In this document: piece after piece, positions 11,941 to 23,664 of the stretch
Numbering within the stretch: position 1 is the first letter of the stretch
Layout of the letters: every line of letters begins with the position of its first letter
From: Rhizodiscina lignyota
Lineage: Eukaryota
Direction of reading: 5' to 3'
Length of the DNA: 64,000 nucleotides
NCBI GenBank assembly: GCA_010015805.1
Contig: ML978133.1
Span: forward strand, 1 to 64,000
Position numbers and translations under genes: made by a program
Notes under the pieces: model-generated
Databases searched by the model: none
The model's input: the letters and a program-made list of their open reading frames with translations, nothing else
What the model was told of the DNA's origin: nothing

Positions 11941-12204
11941 GTTAGAAAGCAACGAATGCGATTGTGGAACAAGTATACGTGAGGCTTGAAAAGCTGCTCT
12001 GCGGTCGCGAACTTTCTCACGCGCCACAGCTTGACAGGCGCCGGCTAATATTCGGCATGAGGCTGAACGCGTGAGAAGCTTTGGCCAAGCGCCACCTCCG
12101 CGACTTTTTCAAACCTCTATACAACCTCAACTTCACCATAGCCTCCCACTTACTCCACCCTTCCCTTCTCCCAGCTGCTGGATTGCAGCACCATCCCACT
12201 CACC

Positions 12205-14232
12205 ATGGAGTCCTCATCACGCGGCCCTCCAAGGGTCAAGAACAAGCAGGCCTCCGAAATCCAAATCTCCGCCGAGCAGCTTCTCCGCGAGGCCGTCGAC
12301 AGGCAGGAGACCGCCGTGCAGGCGCCCACTCAGCGCTTTGCGGACCTCGAAGAACTGCACGAGTACCAGGGCCGCAAGCGCAAGGAGTTCGAAGATTATG
12401 TCCGCCGCAACAGGATTAACATGAACAACTGGATGCGCTATGCCGCATGGGAGCTGGAGCAGAAGGAGTTCCGGCGCGCGCGCAGCATCTTTGAGCGCGC
12501 GCTGGATGTGGACCCCACGAGCGTGGTGCTGTGGATCAGGTACATCGAGGCGGAGATGAAGACGAGGAACATCAACCATGCGAGGAACCTGCTGGATCGC
12601 GCGGTGACGATCCTGCCGCGCATAGACAAGCTGTGGTACAAGTATGTGTACATGGAAGAGATGCTGGGGAACGTCCCCGGCACGAGGCAGGTTTTTGAGA
12701 GGTGGATGAGCTGGGAGCCTGACGAAAATGCTTGGAGTGCGTACATCAAGATGGAGATACGGTACAGGGAGTTCGACCGGGCGAGAGCGATATTCGAGCG
12801 CTTTACAGTGGTGCATCCGGAGCCAAAGAACTGGATCAAGTGGTCGCGATTCGAAGAAGAGAATGGGACAGCCGACACGGTTAGGGACGTCTTCGGCCTG
12901 GCCGTCGAGACATTGGGCGACGACTTCATGGACGAAAAGCTGTTCATGGCTTACGCGCGCTTCGAGTCGAAGCTCAAGGAGTACGAACGTGCAAGAGCGA
13001 TATACAAGTACGCTTTGGACCGAATGCCACGTTCCCAGTCCATGAACCTGCACAAGGCATATACGACATTTGAGAAGCAATTCGGCGACTCGACCGGCGT
13101 GGAAGACGTGGTCCTCGCCAAACGAAGAGTGCAGTACGAAGAACTTGTCAAGGAGAACCCCAAGAATTACGACGCATGGTTTGACTATGCCCGTTTGGAA
13201 GAGACGTCCAGGGATATGGGGCGAATCCAAGATGTATACGAGCGTGCCATTGCTCAAATACCACCGAGCCAAGAGAAGCGGCATTGGAGACGGTACATCT
13301 ACCTCTGGATATTCTACGCCCTCTGGGCAGAAATGGATAATAACGACGTCGAACGAGCACGGCAGATTTACCAGGAGTGCTTGAAGCTGATACCACACAA
13401 GAAATTCACATTCGCAAAAGTCTGGCTTCTGAAAGCACAGTTTGAAGTGCGGCAGTTACAGATCCAGACCGCGAGGAAGACTCTGGGTCAAGCAATCGGC
13501 ATGTGTCCCAAGGATAAGCTGTTCAAGGGTTATATCGAAATAGAGAAGTCCCTCTTTGAATTCTCGCGGTGCCGGACGTTGTATGAGAAGCTGATTGAGT
13601 TCAACCCTTCGAACTGCCAAGCATGGATTGACTTTTCAGTCCTCGAAACCAGCCTGGCGGACATTGATCGCGCAAGAGCAGTCTTTGCCCTGGCGGTTGA
13701 GCAGGAGCAGCTCGACATGCCGGAGCTGCTCTGGAAAGCCTACATCGACTTTGAAGAGAGCGAAGGGGAGTACGACAACGCGCGTGCGCTCTATGAGCGT
13801 CTCCTGGAGAAGACAGACCACCCCAAAGTCTGGATTTCATACGCCCACTTCGAAATCAATATCCCCGACCCAGACGCGCCGGAAGACGAGACAGAAGAAG
13901 ACGCGCCGATCAGCAACGAGACCAAGGTACGCGCAAGGTCGATCTTCGAGCGCGCGTACAACATATTCAAGGAGAAGGATCTGAGCGAGGAGCGCGTGGC
14001 GCTGCTGAATGCGTGGAAGAGCTTCGAGCAGATGTACGGCAGCGAGGAGGAGCAGGACAAGGTGGAGAAGATGATGCCGAGGCGCCGTAGGAGGAAGAGA
14101 GTGGCGGACGACGGGCAGGAGGAGGAGTACTTCGATTACGTGTTCCCCGCGGACGACCAGAGGGAGGCGGGGCTGTCGAAGTTGTTGGCTATGGCGCAGA
14201 AATGGAAAGAGGGTCAGAATGGAGATGCGTAG
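12205..14232 (+). CDS. CLF1: Pre-mRNA splicing factor Clf1/Syf3 (crooked neck, HAT repeats); intronless
   Basis: [28 protein letters not shown], repeated RARxIFERAL HAT repeats, [11 protein letters not shown]-terminal [12 protein letters not shown]...LLAMAQKWK. Confidence 0.97.
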   Translation: MESSSRGPPRVKNKQASEIQISAEQLLREAVDRQETAVQAPTQRFADLEELHEYQGRKRKEFEDYVRRNRINMNNWMRYAAWELEQKEFRRARSIFERALDVDPTSVVLWIRYIEAEMKTRNINHARNLLDRAVTILPRIDKLWYKYVYMEEMLGNVPGTRQVFERWMSWEPDENAWSAYIKMEIRYREFDRARAIFERFTVVHPEPKNWIKWSRFEEENGTADTVRDVFGLAVETLGDDFMDEKLFMAYARFESKLKEYERARAIYKYALDRMPRSQSMNLHKAYTTFEKQFGDSTGVEDVVLAKRRVQYEELVKENPKNYDAWFDYARLEETSRDMGRIQDVYERAIAQIPPSQEKRHWRRYIYLWIFYALWAEMDNNDVERARQIYQECLKLIPHKKFTFAKVWLLKAQFEVRQLQIQTARKTLGQAIGMCPKDKLFKGYIEIEKSLFEFSRCRTLYEKLIEFNPSNCQAWIDFSVLETSLADIDRARAVFALAVEQEQLDMPELLWKAYIDFEESEGEYDNARALYERLLEKTDHPKVWISYAHFEINIPDPDAPEDETEEDAPISNETKVRARSIFERAYNIFKEKDLSEERVALLNAWKSFEQMYGSEEEQDKVEKMMPRRRRRKRVADDGQEEEYFDYVFPADDQREAGLSKLLAMAQKWKEGQNGDA

Positions 14233-15151
14233 TTTTATATGGGATGGAAGGGTTTTGTGAGAGCAGTTGGGGAGTTGGAAAGCATGGAGGGGCGATGTTT
14301 GGACGTTCTTCAATACCCACGATTAGCTGCTGTGATTAGAGACTTTACACCTGCTGAGGTTCCGACATTGTATGTGGCTGTATGAATAGCCTCGCGAGTC
14401 CCCTTTCCCAGTCGGGCAACAATGATCTTGGAGCGTCAGTGGCTCTAAATCCTCGTGTTCTCTCAACAGTAGCAAAATCCTTAAGATTATACCCCGTGTA
14501 ATTGATGCCGTTCATCCCCGCAAGGGGAGAGCATGACCTCCAAGCTGAAGCGTCTTCAACGCGACATACCCACGCCGCCACCTCCAGCTCCTCCACACGC
14601 CACGACCCAATGGCGTTGGGACTCGCTTACGCAGTGTGGGGAATTGTCCAGAGCCGCGCAGGAGGCCAAGGGATGAATAAGACAGTCTTTACTTCAGACC
14701 ATCATCAGTGTTGGCGGGAACGGAGAGCTGGCCGAGCGAATGTAGGAAAAGGCGGTTCTGCGGATTCGTACGACGGAGGTGGTCGGCCCATCGTCGGAGT
14801 AGGCGACGAGATAAGAAACGACGATTCCTCAGTTCCTCCTCGGGAATTTCTGAGATTAGAGATTTGGTTCTTCTTGTTAAAAGGTTGGGTGCTTCTCAAT
14901 ATTAAATATTTCGTTTCTTAACCAGAGGCTTTTTTGAGACTTGCCTGGTCGCAGGGGTGCACCAATTGATCGCGCGCAAAGCGACTTAAGCCGATTGGAG
15001 TAAGGAGGAGGCCCACAATAGTCTTGGATTTCATTATCAAAGGAATTCGAGAGCGAATTGGGTCAGTAGAAGCCTGTGTGGTTTGGATCCAATTTATTTA
15101 AGAGCACGGCTTTGGCAGACAGTGTAGAGATTATCGAATCTATTTTCAACG

Positions 15152-16557
15152 ATGGGCAGCATGGGAAAGCCAAAAGCGCTGCTGCTGGGGATCATCGACC
15201 AGTGAGTCAGAGCGAATGTTCAGAAGTAGAGAGTGTATTTCTAAGGTCCTACTAGTGCGCAAGAATCATGGAATAAGCTGTCTGAGACCGCAGAGCTCAT
15301 GACACCGAATGCCCGCAGCCGAGAGGAGTTTATTGAGGAGTGTAAGAGCGGGAGATTCGATGGAGTCGTGGCGGCATACAGGACATTTGCCAGCTTCGCG
15401 ATCACGGGGCAGATTGACAAGGACTTGGTGCCGCATTTCCCTGAGTCGTTGAAATTCATATGCAACAATGGTATGTTGTTGGATTCTCTTAGTAGCTCCT
15501 GATCTCTCGTGGGCCCCCGACAGATGTCGTGCAAACGCTTTCCAGCAGCTTTTGAGAGCTGTCTCTATGGGGCTGCCTTCACTAGAGTTGGTCGAAAGCT
15601 TTAGCGGTTTATGAGTCGATACCCACGATACCGACGTGGACTTAACGATCACTTACTCCCTGCAGGCGCCGGTTACGATCAGGTCGACATTCCCGCCTGC
15701 AGCAGTCGTGGGATTCTCGTTTCCAACGTCCCCAAGATGGTCGACGATGCGACTGCCGACACGAACATGTTCTTAATCCTCGGTGCGCTGCGCGCCTTCA
15801 ACGTCAGCATGATCAACCTCCGCAACGGATCTTGGCGAGGCCATCCACCGCCGCCTCTCGGCCACGATCCTCAAGGTAAAGTCCTCGGTATCTTAGGAAT
15901 GGGGGGTATTGGGAGGAATCTGAAGAAGAAGGCCGAAGCGTTCGACATGAAGGTGATCTACTACAACAGGAAGAAGCTGAGCGACGAGCTGTCTGGCGGA
16001 GCGGAGTACGTGAGCTTCGACGAGCTGCTCGCGAGGAGTGATGTGCTGAGCTTGAACTTGCCACTGAATGTGAGTTAGTCCTTGCATTTCGCTTGAGAGC
16101 GCCTGGAGCGCCTATCACACGGGATTGACGGGGTGAAACCGGCAGCCCCACACGCGGCATACCATCTCGACGAAGGAGTTTGAGAAGATGAAGATGGGCG
16201 TCGTGATCGTCAACACCGCTCGCGGCGCTGTGATGGACGAGGACGCGCTTGTCAAAGCGCTGGATAGTGGTAAGGTGTGGTCGGCGGGGCTTGACGTGTA
16301 TGAGGAGGAGCCCAAGATACATCCGGGTCTGGTAGCGAACCCGCATGTCTGCCTGCTGCCACACATGGGCACTTGGACCGTCGAGGTGCGTGGGGCTCAT
16401 ACAAAAGTTAAAAGTATTAAACGGGACAAAATCCCGGGCTAACGATGACTCGCAGACTCAAACGAAGATGGAGGAGTGGAACATAGGGAATGTTAGAGCA
16501 GCGCTGGAGAAAGGGAAGCTGAATAATGTGGTACCCGAACAGGCCGAGATGGTTTGA
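15152..16557 (+). CDS. D-isomer-specific 2-hydroxyacid dehydrogenase (glyoxylate reductase/D-mandelate dehydrogenase-like); 5 exons, introns 15202-15255, 15471-15665, 16070-16145, 16386-16455
   Basis: Spliced product has NGAGYDQVD, VLGILGMGGIG (NAD binding), VNTARG, AGLDVYEEEP and LLPHMG. All four introns are GT-AG and the frame is preserved. Confidence 0.92.
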
Positions 16558-17428
16558 ACTTTGGACATTGCGATGAATGGGAGAATTTCATTGGAGAGTT
16601 TCAATAGACTTGAAGATTGGTAGGGCTGCAGTCAGGTTTCCGGGGTACTGTGATAGCTCCGAGACAGCTGCTGCCGGGCCGCAACCGCCATATAACGGGA
16701 TGTAGCTATAGAGATAGACTTATGGCCATGGATTGATAGACCCTGGACGAGCTGGATGAAAGAGACTTTGTGACAGACCTATAGTGTGTTACAGAAAGGC
16801 TGCGGTTTGGCAGATGGTGCTGCCATCTGCGGAGACTTTCGTGCAACACCACGCGATGGGAAGTCTGACATGTAAGATAGCCAGCCATGAATATGATATG
16901 CAGTGGAGCAGTTTGCTATGACACAAGGGTGCGTGGCTCCTCAACGGGTTCCTGCAGATCAACGGCCATGCAGGACTCCGGCGAACGAGTGCCTTGGCGA
17001 TCAGCACTATTCGTTATATGTAATTCTCAAGCGTGACGATCGCACGCGTGATACGTGCAGATGAAGATTCGGATTTCGAACGTACGTTCAGCTGTCGGCA
17101 AATTTCGTCGTAAGTACCGACGCCACCACGTAAATGGTACTGACTCGGCTTGCATGCGGAGGCCCGGGGTTCGGCCACTGATCGAAGCTTGCACGTCCTG
17201 CATTTAGCCGCCAGCGCGAATGGCATGCAGAGCGTGTGTAACAAGTGGTTGCAACGCGGAAAGTAGCCCTTTGAGACGAAGGGTGAATTACTCAGGTCCA
17301 CGACACTGTCGAGTCGACAATCAAACTTCCTGCAGGTGGGCGGGTGCACACGCGAAAACGCAGTGGACAGCCGCCAGCTGCAGGGTTCGTGACGAATCCG
17401 ATAGTGCGAGAAACAATATAGCTAGGAG

Positions 17429-17463
17429 GCATCCAATGTAGCATCCAATGTAGCATCCAATGT
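17429..17463. repeat. 12-bp tandem repeat GCATCCAATGTA, 3 copies, each containing CCAAT
   Basis: gcatccaatgta gcatccaatgta gcatccaatgt seen directly. Confidence 0.85.
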
Positions 17464-19289
17464 CGAGCGCAATCATTAGCATCTCGATGCGAGGGAGACG
17501 TGAGAAAAGCAATAAGACGAGAGATGAGACCGGGAAAGGGCGTCGGCATATATGGACGTTCAGTCAAAACAGCGCGCCTCTCCTGGCAGCGCGATGCGAA
17601 GAAAAGCATCTGCCCTGGCTCTGCAGTCTGCACGCCTCGAAGGATGCACAAAAGCTACGCGGCGGTACGGGAGTCCCTGCAAATGTTTCATCATCCAGTA
17701 GAACTTGGACCGAAATGGCGGAGCGTTGCACCAACAGCACTAGGGTGCCTTGAGAAGATAGAGCCAGCGCTTGCTCCATGGGTCGGGGCGGACTGCATTT
17801 ATACTGAGAGCTGCAGCTGAAAAACAACGAAGAGCGCGAGCGAGGGTGGCATTGTGCTGCTGATCGTCTGGAAAGAGAAGTGCGCGCCGAGGTGGATGGA
17901 ACGGCAGGCGGCGGATCTGATCCGTTCGTGCTATCGTCTTATGTCTTCTACTTTGTAAGTGAGCGTCTGGCCCAGCAAGCGGTGAAGTGGTGCTGTGCTG
18001 GCAGCGAATTCAAGCTGGCAGCAGAGCTCGGCGGCATCCCTGCTGCGATCGCGAGTATCGAGCTCAAAACGGCCTCCCTGTCGCCGTTTAAGCGAAGCCG
18101 TCAACCCCAGGACGGAAGGGAGTTATTTCTGGGACGTGCTGGCAGAATTATACTCGCTTGCAGCGCCTCTTCCCCAGCCTCTGCTGCTAGTGTACAGGTG
18201 CGCTCCCTGCCGTCTCCTTGCACGCGTCCCAGAGATCTTACGCTCTCGAAACCGGAATCCCCGCTCGTGACCGTTGACGTCTTGCGGTTCATGTGCCTCA
18301 ACAACGATGCATATGCCCCTCAAATAGCCGGAGGATGCATCTCTGCGGCCAGCCGGGGCATCGTGTCGCAAGGAGGCGACTACCGAGCGGCTGCAGATGG
18401 AAATTTGGCAAAAGCTTCATGGCGATCAGTCAATAGGCCACTATACGATAGAGTGAATCAAAGCACGTCGAGATGGCCTCCGCCAGCCAGGAATCAATTC
18501 CGGTTCGCCCAAAGCGACCACTCGCTGCTCGATTGGGCGACCGGAAGACGGCGCGCGGGACAGGGCAGGGGAGGGCGCGATGCTGTTATGTCCCGCCGCG
18601 CACCGCGATCATTATTGTGTTTATTGACAATTGAATAGCTAGAGATTGTAATTACTGACGTCCCTCGGTTTCAATACGCCGCGCGCAGCCGCGTGCATTC
18701 CACCACGCAGCGCCCCCTGCAAAGCTGCGTTCCTGTGTCGACAGAGAGTGACGGTGGAGGGCAGGCAGCCGAGGGGGCGAGGCGGCTGTCAAGGGCGCGT
18801 ATCGGCGGGCAGCAAGGTGAAGCTGCGCAGCAGGAGGCGAGCAAGGAAGTGGAGGATCGCATTCAGATCCATTATCAAGGGCTCTCCGCTCTTGGCGTCT
18901 AGATTCTGCGCGCAGCTCCACCTCGCGCGCTGCGTTGGGCCAGCGTTGCGTCGCAGCGGCGAGCACTGCTTGCGCATCTGCAGGGAAGCGTCTCGCTTCA
19001 AGGATACGCCTCGTTCCCGAAAAGCCGCCCGCAGGCGTGCACACCTAGCTTTGCGTCTTTTGTCCGCCGTCACCTGAATCGAACGGCCATCCGAACGCGT
19101 GCGGCGCAGAAACGTGGGCCAGAGATCGGACTTTATACTCTGAACACACTGACACCACGCCCCCCGGCGCCAATTCCTGGAGCCGCTGCTCGTCTAATCA
19201 CCGGCCATCGCACGCTGCACTCTCCATGCGCCCCAGCATCGCCGTCTGCTAAAAGGCGCTGGCTCGGTCGCTTGCTGCTCGCCTCCCTC

Positions 19290-21378
19290 ATGACCACGAA
19301 TAATGCGCCGCAAACACGGCACCAGCAAACCTCCTACCCTTCGCCGCACTCCTACCCTTCACCGTCGATGCAACCCACCTACACCTACCCTCCGCCGTCC
19401 GGCCAAGCACAACCCGAGCCGTATCGCGCCTCGCCTACTGCCTCCAATGTCTCGCTGCCCTCGCTCAATCTCCCTCCAATTCGTGCCATCGATGCTCAAT
19501 CGCAGCCGCCGCCGCAACAACAACACCATCCACCACAGCAGTCAGCACCGCCAGCCCACACCCAGAGCGGCTCCCCATTGCCGCCGCCGCCAGCAACAAT
19601 GAGCGGCTACTATCCCCAGCAGGCCCATGGAATGCAAAATCTCGTCCAGCCCATGGGCATCACCTCGTCGCCGCAGCCATTGGGCATGCGCTATCCGTTG
19701 CCCGCGCAGGGCCAAGACCAGAGGATAATGTCTGGCGGGAGGCACAAGAAGGAGATCAAGCGGAGGACCAAGACGGGCTGCCTGACGTGTCGCAAGCGCA
19801 GGATAAAGGTACGCGACTCCAATTTCGCATCTCCAGCAGTCGTTTGGCGTTGCGCGCAGATCTCCCATGCGGATGATGTTGATGCAGTCCTTGGTTGCCT
19901 CGACTTTCCCTCCGAGGCTCGTTTAACGAAGCGAGCGCCAGAAGCGATCCTTCGCTTCCAAACCTCAACTTAACCGCATTTATTTCCCACAACGCCAATT
20001 TTAAGCGTGTCAGCGTGCTAACTACCACCTATTCTTGTAGTGCGACGAAGCCCATCCGACGTGCCGCAATTGTCAAAAGTCTAAACGCGAGTGTCTTGGG
20101 TACGATCCAATCTTTAAACCCCAAGCTAGTCCAGCAAATTTACAACCCGCTCCAAGCGCCTCACCAACCGGAACTCCCTCGTCCAACATTCCTCTTCCAT
20201 CCGCACCAGCATATCCAAACGTACCACAAGGTTACAACCCTCCGACCGCCCCCGGCTACGCGCAGGCCCCAGCGCAGCAACAGCCCGGTGCTGCATCAAG
20301 CTCCTACGACTTTGGGCCGGCCATAGATCCTGCATTGGCCGCTGCGGAGATGCAGCACGCGCAGTCACATCTTGAATTGGCAAGTTCACACAGAGCGCCT
20401 CCTCAAACCACGCGATCACAGCCCGGAACAGATGGACGTAAGTGAAGTGCCAATTCTAAACCAGACTGCAAGTACGATGCATCTTCTAAAATTGTAGGTA
20501 TAGGACCAAGAGTTCGGTTAGATGACTTGCATACCATTTCCGGTGTGGCGCCGCCTTCCCCGGTACCACGAACAGCGCCGCCATCCGAAGCCGCCATTGA
20601 GGAGGTGAAACTACTCTATCATCGAGATTATGCGCCGGGTCTGGATAAGTTCCTCGAGACGACTTGGTACTCTCAAAGAAGCTGGCCCAAGCTGATCCAC
20701 GACGGGCCGTTGTTCGACCTATTCATCCAAATGCTGGATCGCTTCAGAGCAGTGAAGAGCGACGATTATCGAGGCGCGCAACTAATACGGAGCTTAGAGA
20801 CGAAGGTGGTGTGGAGGCTCCTCTGCATGCCACGCTCACCTCATGCAGCAGCGAATGGCGTTACAGGGGCGCCTTCGCCTGAAGAAGCACTCCAGCTCCT
20901 GGAAGCACAAAAGCGACTCGATGCGTTCGAGGCGCTCCTCACACACACCACACTCGACCGTAACCCGCTTCTTGACGTCCATTATCAAGAATCTCTCCAA
21001 ACCCTGAAGTATTGGGAGGTCGAGTTCTGGCGGCTGCTCGGCCAAATCGTATCCCGGATGCCGACGCCAGCTTCCAACTCAGAAGCGCCGGTGCCACAGC
21101 TATCACTCGACGACATGATGCAGGCGTGCCGCAATATCTTGAGCATGCTTGAGAACAGAGACGTGCTATATTCCATGCTGGTGTGCAGGGTCTTCGGCTC
21201 ACGCTTACCAGGCTGGCCGGACATAAAAGAAGTGTTTAATACGGACCAGGAGGATCCGAGACTGAAGGTCTTTATCGGCAAAAAGTTTTTAGAGGAGGAA
21301 GCGGGCGGGAAAGGTACGAACCAGGTCGTGCAGCGCATGTGCGACATGGCCGTCAGGAGCTGGACCCTCGGGCGATGA
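19290..21378 (+). CDS. Zn(II)2Cys6 transcription factor (tentatively McrA-like); introns 19809-20040 and 20438-20497 or 20503
   Basis: Splicing gives KKEIKRRTKTGCLTCRKRRIK|CDEAHPTCRNCQKSKRECLGYDP, a complete six-Cys cluster. Pro/Gln-rich N-terminus. C-terminal domain YAPGLDKFLET...GTNQVVQRMCDMA. The McrA resemblance is from memory only. Confidence 0.88.
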
Positions 21379-22450
21379 AATGACTTTTCTGCTTCCTTTT
21401 TTTATGTCCCTTCCTGCTCCGCCTTTTCCAAACGGCTGCGATTTTTTTGTTTTATGCAAAGAATGGCGCGTGTGCTCTTATGTACGATGGGAAAAGGAAA
21501 GAGATGTGAAACACGAACCTTGCTGCTTTCGCGCAAGGGACACAACTACGGCCTGCCTTTTTCTTTTTTCTTCTTCTACGCTTCTTTTCCCGCTCTTCAG
21601 CGTCGGCATGGGGTGGGAGTTGATATTATATTTTCCTGCGCACTGGCATCTGGAGGGGCATTTTCACGAGAGCGCGCTGTATCAGTAGTCTAAGATTCTC
21701 ACGGGCCGGGGTGACGTGATCCAAGCTTCCTTGCTTTAATTAGGAAGCAGAACTGAATACCATAATGCATAGTCAAGTCAAAAGAAACGTCCTGTCTGCA
21801 TTAAGCTTCTGCTCTGGTCGAGCGGAAGTGGTTAGGAGAAGCTCGGCAAAGTGTGGCAGCTCCTCGCGCCAGTAATTCCGATCGACATAACTACCTAATC
21901 GAGTACCTTTAAAGGCGTCGCTGTACGCCACATCTGGTAAGCTTGTCCACGCGCGGAAATCTTCTTCGGAACCTTTCCATAGTAGAGCCTCATGCGTGCT
22001 TCCAGTTTCAGCCTAATAAGTCTTCTTCATTCCGCTCAGCTTCTGAATCTGTTTCGGCGGCTCGTCATGCCGCAGATGACGGCGTCTCTTTTACTCCCGC
22101 CTCCACACAACGCCTCCAGGCAGAGTAGCGACGGATATCATATCAATTGCTTAGAATTTGTCATGCTGCCCATTTTCTTGCGATCTTTCTGGCTCCGAGC
22201 GCGCCCTGCTACAACTTACAAGCCTGAGCAAGTAGAATCCTTCAGCCGCTGAGAGGCCAGTTCCGTAGCCCATCCAGCGGACAAGCGAGTTTAGCGATGA
22301 TGCTCAAAACATCACTGTTTCCTCTTTCGAGTATTCCTTTCCTTATTTGCGCAGTATAAGTCGCTGTCGAATGTTGCAGCAGTTTTTCTCTCCAGTCTTC
22401 AAAGCTTCTAGAACCACGTCTACTTATTCTCGACAAAATCGATTGCAAGG

Positions 22451-23237
22451 ATGCCGACGACGAAGGACGTCGGGACGAAGTCAGCCAGCAATGACAAGAT
22501 TGGGGGGATCCCCACGATACATTATTTGAATTTCCTGTCACGGGGGAGAGGGCAGGTTGTGCGGCTGCTTTTCGAGGTACGTTCAAGGGCAGTTTTGATG
22601 CCTCTTGAAGGCGCAACTTAGCTACCCTGCCGACACACTCGACTTCAATCAAGCTCATACACTCCTCCAGGACGCCGGCATAGCATACGTGGACGTGCGT
22701 TACGACAGCGATGAGCACTACAACCAGTCCAAACAAAGCATCATCAAGAAGATGAACCCCACTGCCACGATGCCGGTCGTCGAGCTCAACGGCAGGGTGC
22801 TCACGCAGTCGTACCCCATGCTCCGCCACTTTGCCCGCCAGCTGAACGCCTACGACGGCGCCACCGACGACGAGAGGTACTGGGCCGACCTGGTCTGCGA
22901 CATCGCGAGCGACTGGCGCACGCTGTTCGTGCAGGCGTTCTTCAGCAAGGAGAAGGACGAGTACGTGCGGCACTGCGAAGGGTACAGGAAAGACGTCCTG
23001 CAGGCGCTGGAGAGGCATTTGAGCGGTAATGAGTTCAGTCGGGACGGGGCGTTTTTGTTGGGGGAGAGGGTTACGTATGCGGATTTCGTGCTGTATCAGA
23101 TACTGCATGATGAAGGCTTGACGAAAGATGGGAGGAAGGGGTTGGAAGAGTATCCGAGATTGAGGAAGTTGGTCGATGCGATGGAGGAGAGGGAGAATGT
23201 GAAGAAGTTCTTGCAGAGTGATAGGTATTTAGGTTGA
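22451..23237 (+). CDS. Glutathione S-transferase; intron 22577-22670
   Basis: Exon 1 TIHYLNFLSRGRGQVVRLLFE joins DAGIAY. Has MPVVELNGRVLTQS (cis-Pro and QS motifs) and FLLGERVTYADF. Confidence 0.9.
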
Positions 23238-23664
23238 ATGGAATTCTGGATCGCGCATCATCCTTCCCAGGCCGACTCGAGCTAGTTCGACGGTTCCGGA
23301 ATGAGGTACCACGTCGACTTTTAGATCCTGGCAGAGCTTTTCAGCAATGGAATCTTGAAGAGATGGTCGATGGTGAGTGGTCTGAGCTGCGGGTGACGGG
23401 AGGAGCCATTATCGCAAGCACTCGCATCCAGTGATCAGTTTGGTGCAACTCGACATCCATGACCTTACTAGGCATCATCGTCTGCAGCTTTCCGCATTTC
23501 GTTGTCTATCAGACTTCCCCGCTTCTGTCCTCGTTCATTTAATCCCTCAATGCAGTCAGTCGCTTCAAAGCTCAAATACGCTCTAAGCCCCCAAAACTTT
23601 GCCTGCAAGTTGCAGCCTGTCCAGCATTGGTGCTCATCTCTTCTTTGTAAAAGTTCTCCGGTAC

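Noticed and set aside
12217..13398. 393-aa antisense ORF over CLF1, and similar ones over the GST, CWF19 and PRP31 genes
   Set aside because: Shadow ORFs produced by GC3-rich codon usage on the coding strand.
17880..18638. 252-aa ORF upstream of the Zn2Cys6 gene
   Set aside because: GTG start and Ala/Arg/Ser-rich composition typical of GC-rich non-coding DNA. No domain recognised.
19809..20040. TPP riboswitch or tRNA as the identity of the structured intron
   Set aside because: The TPP core motifs (CUGAGA, the CUUGAU/AUAAU region) and tRNA T-loop/D-loop consensus are absent, and the host is not a thiamine gene.
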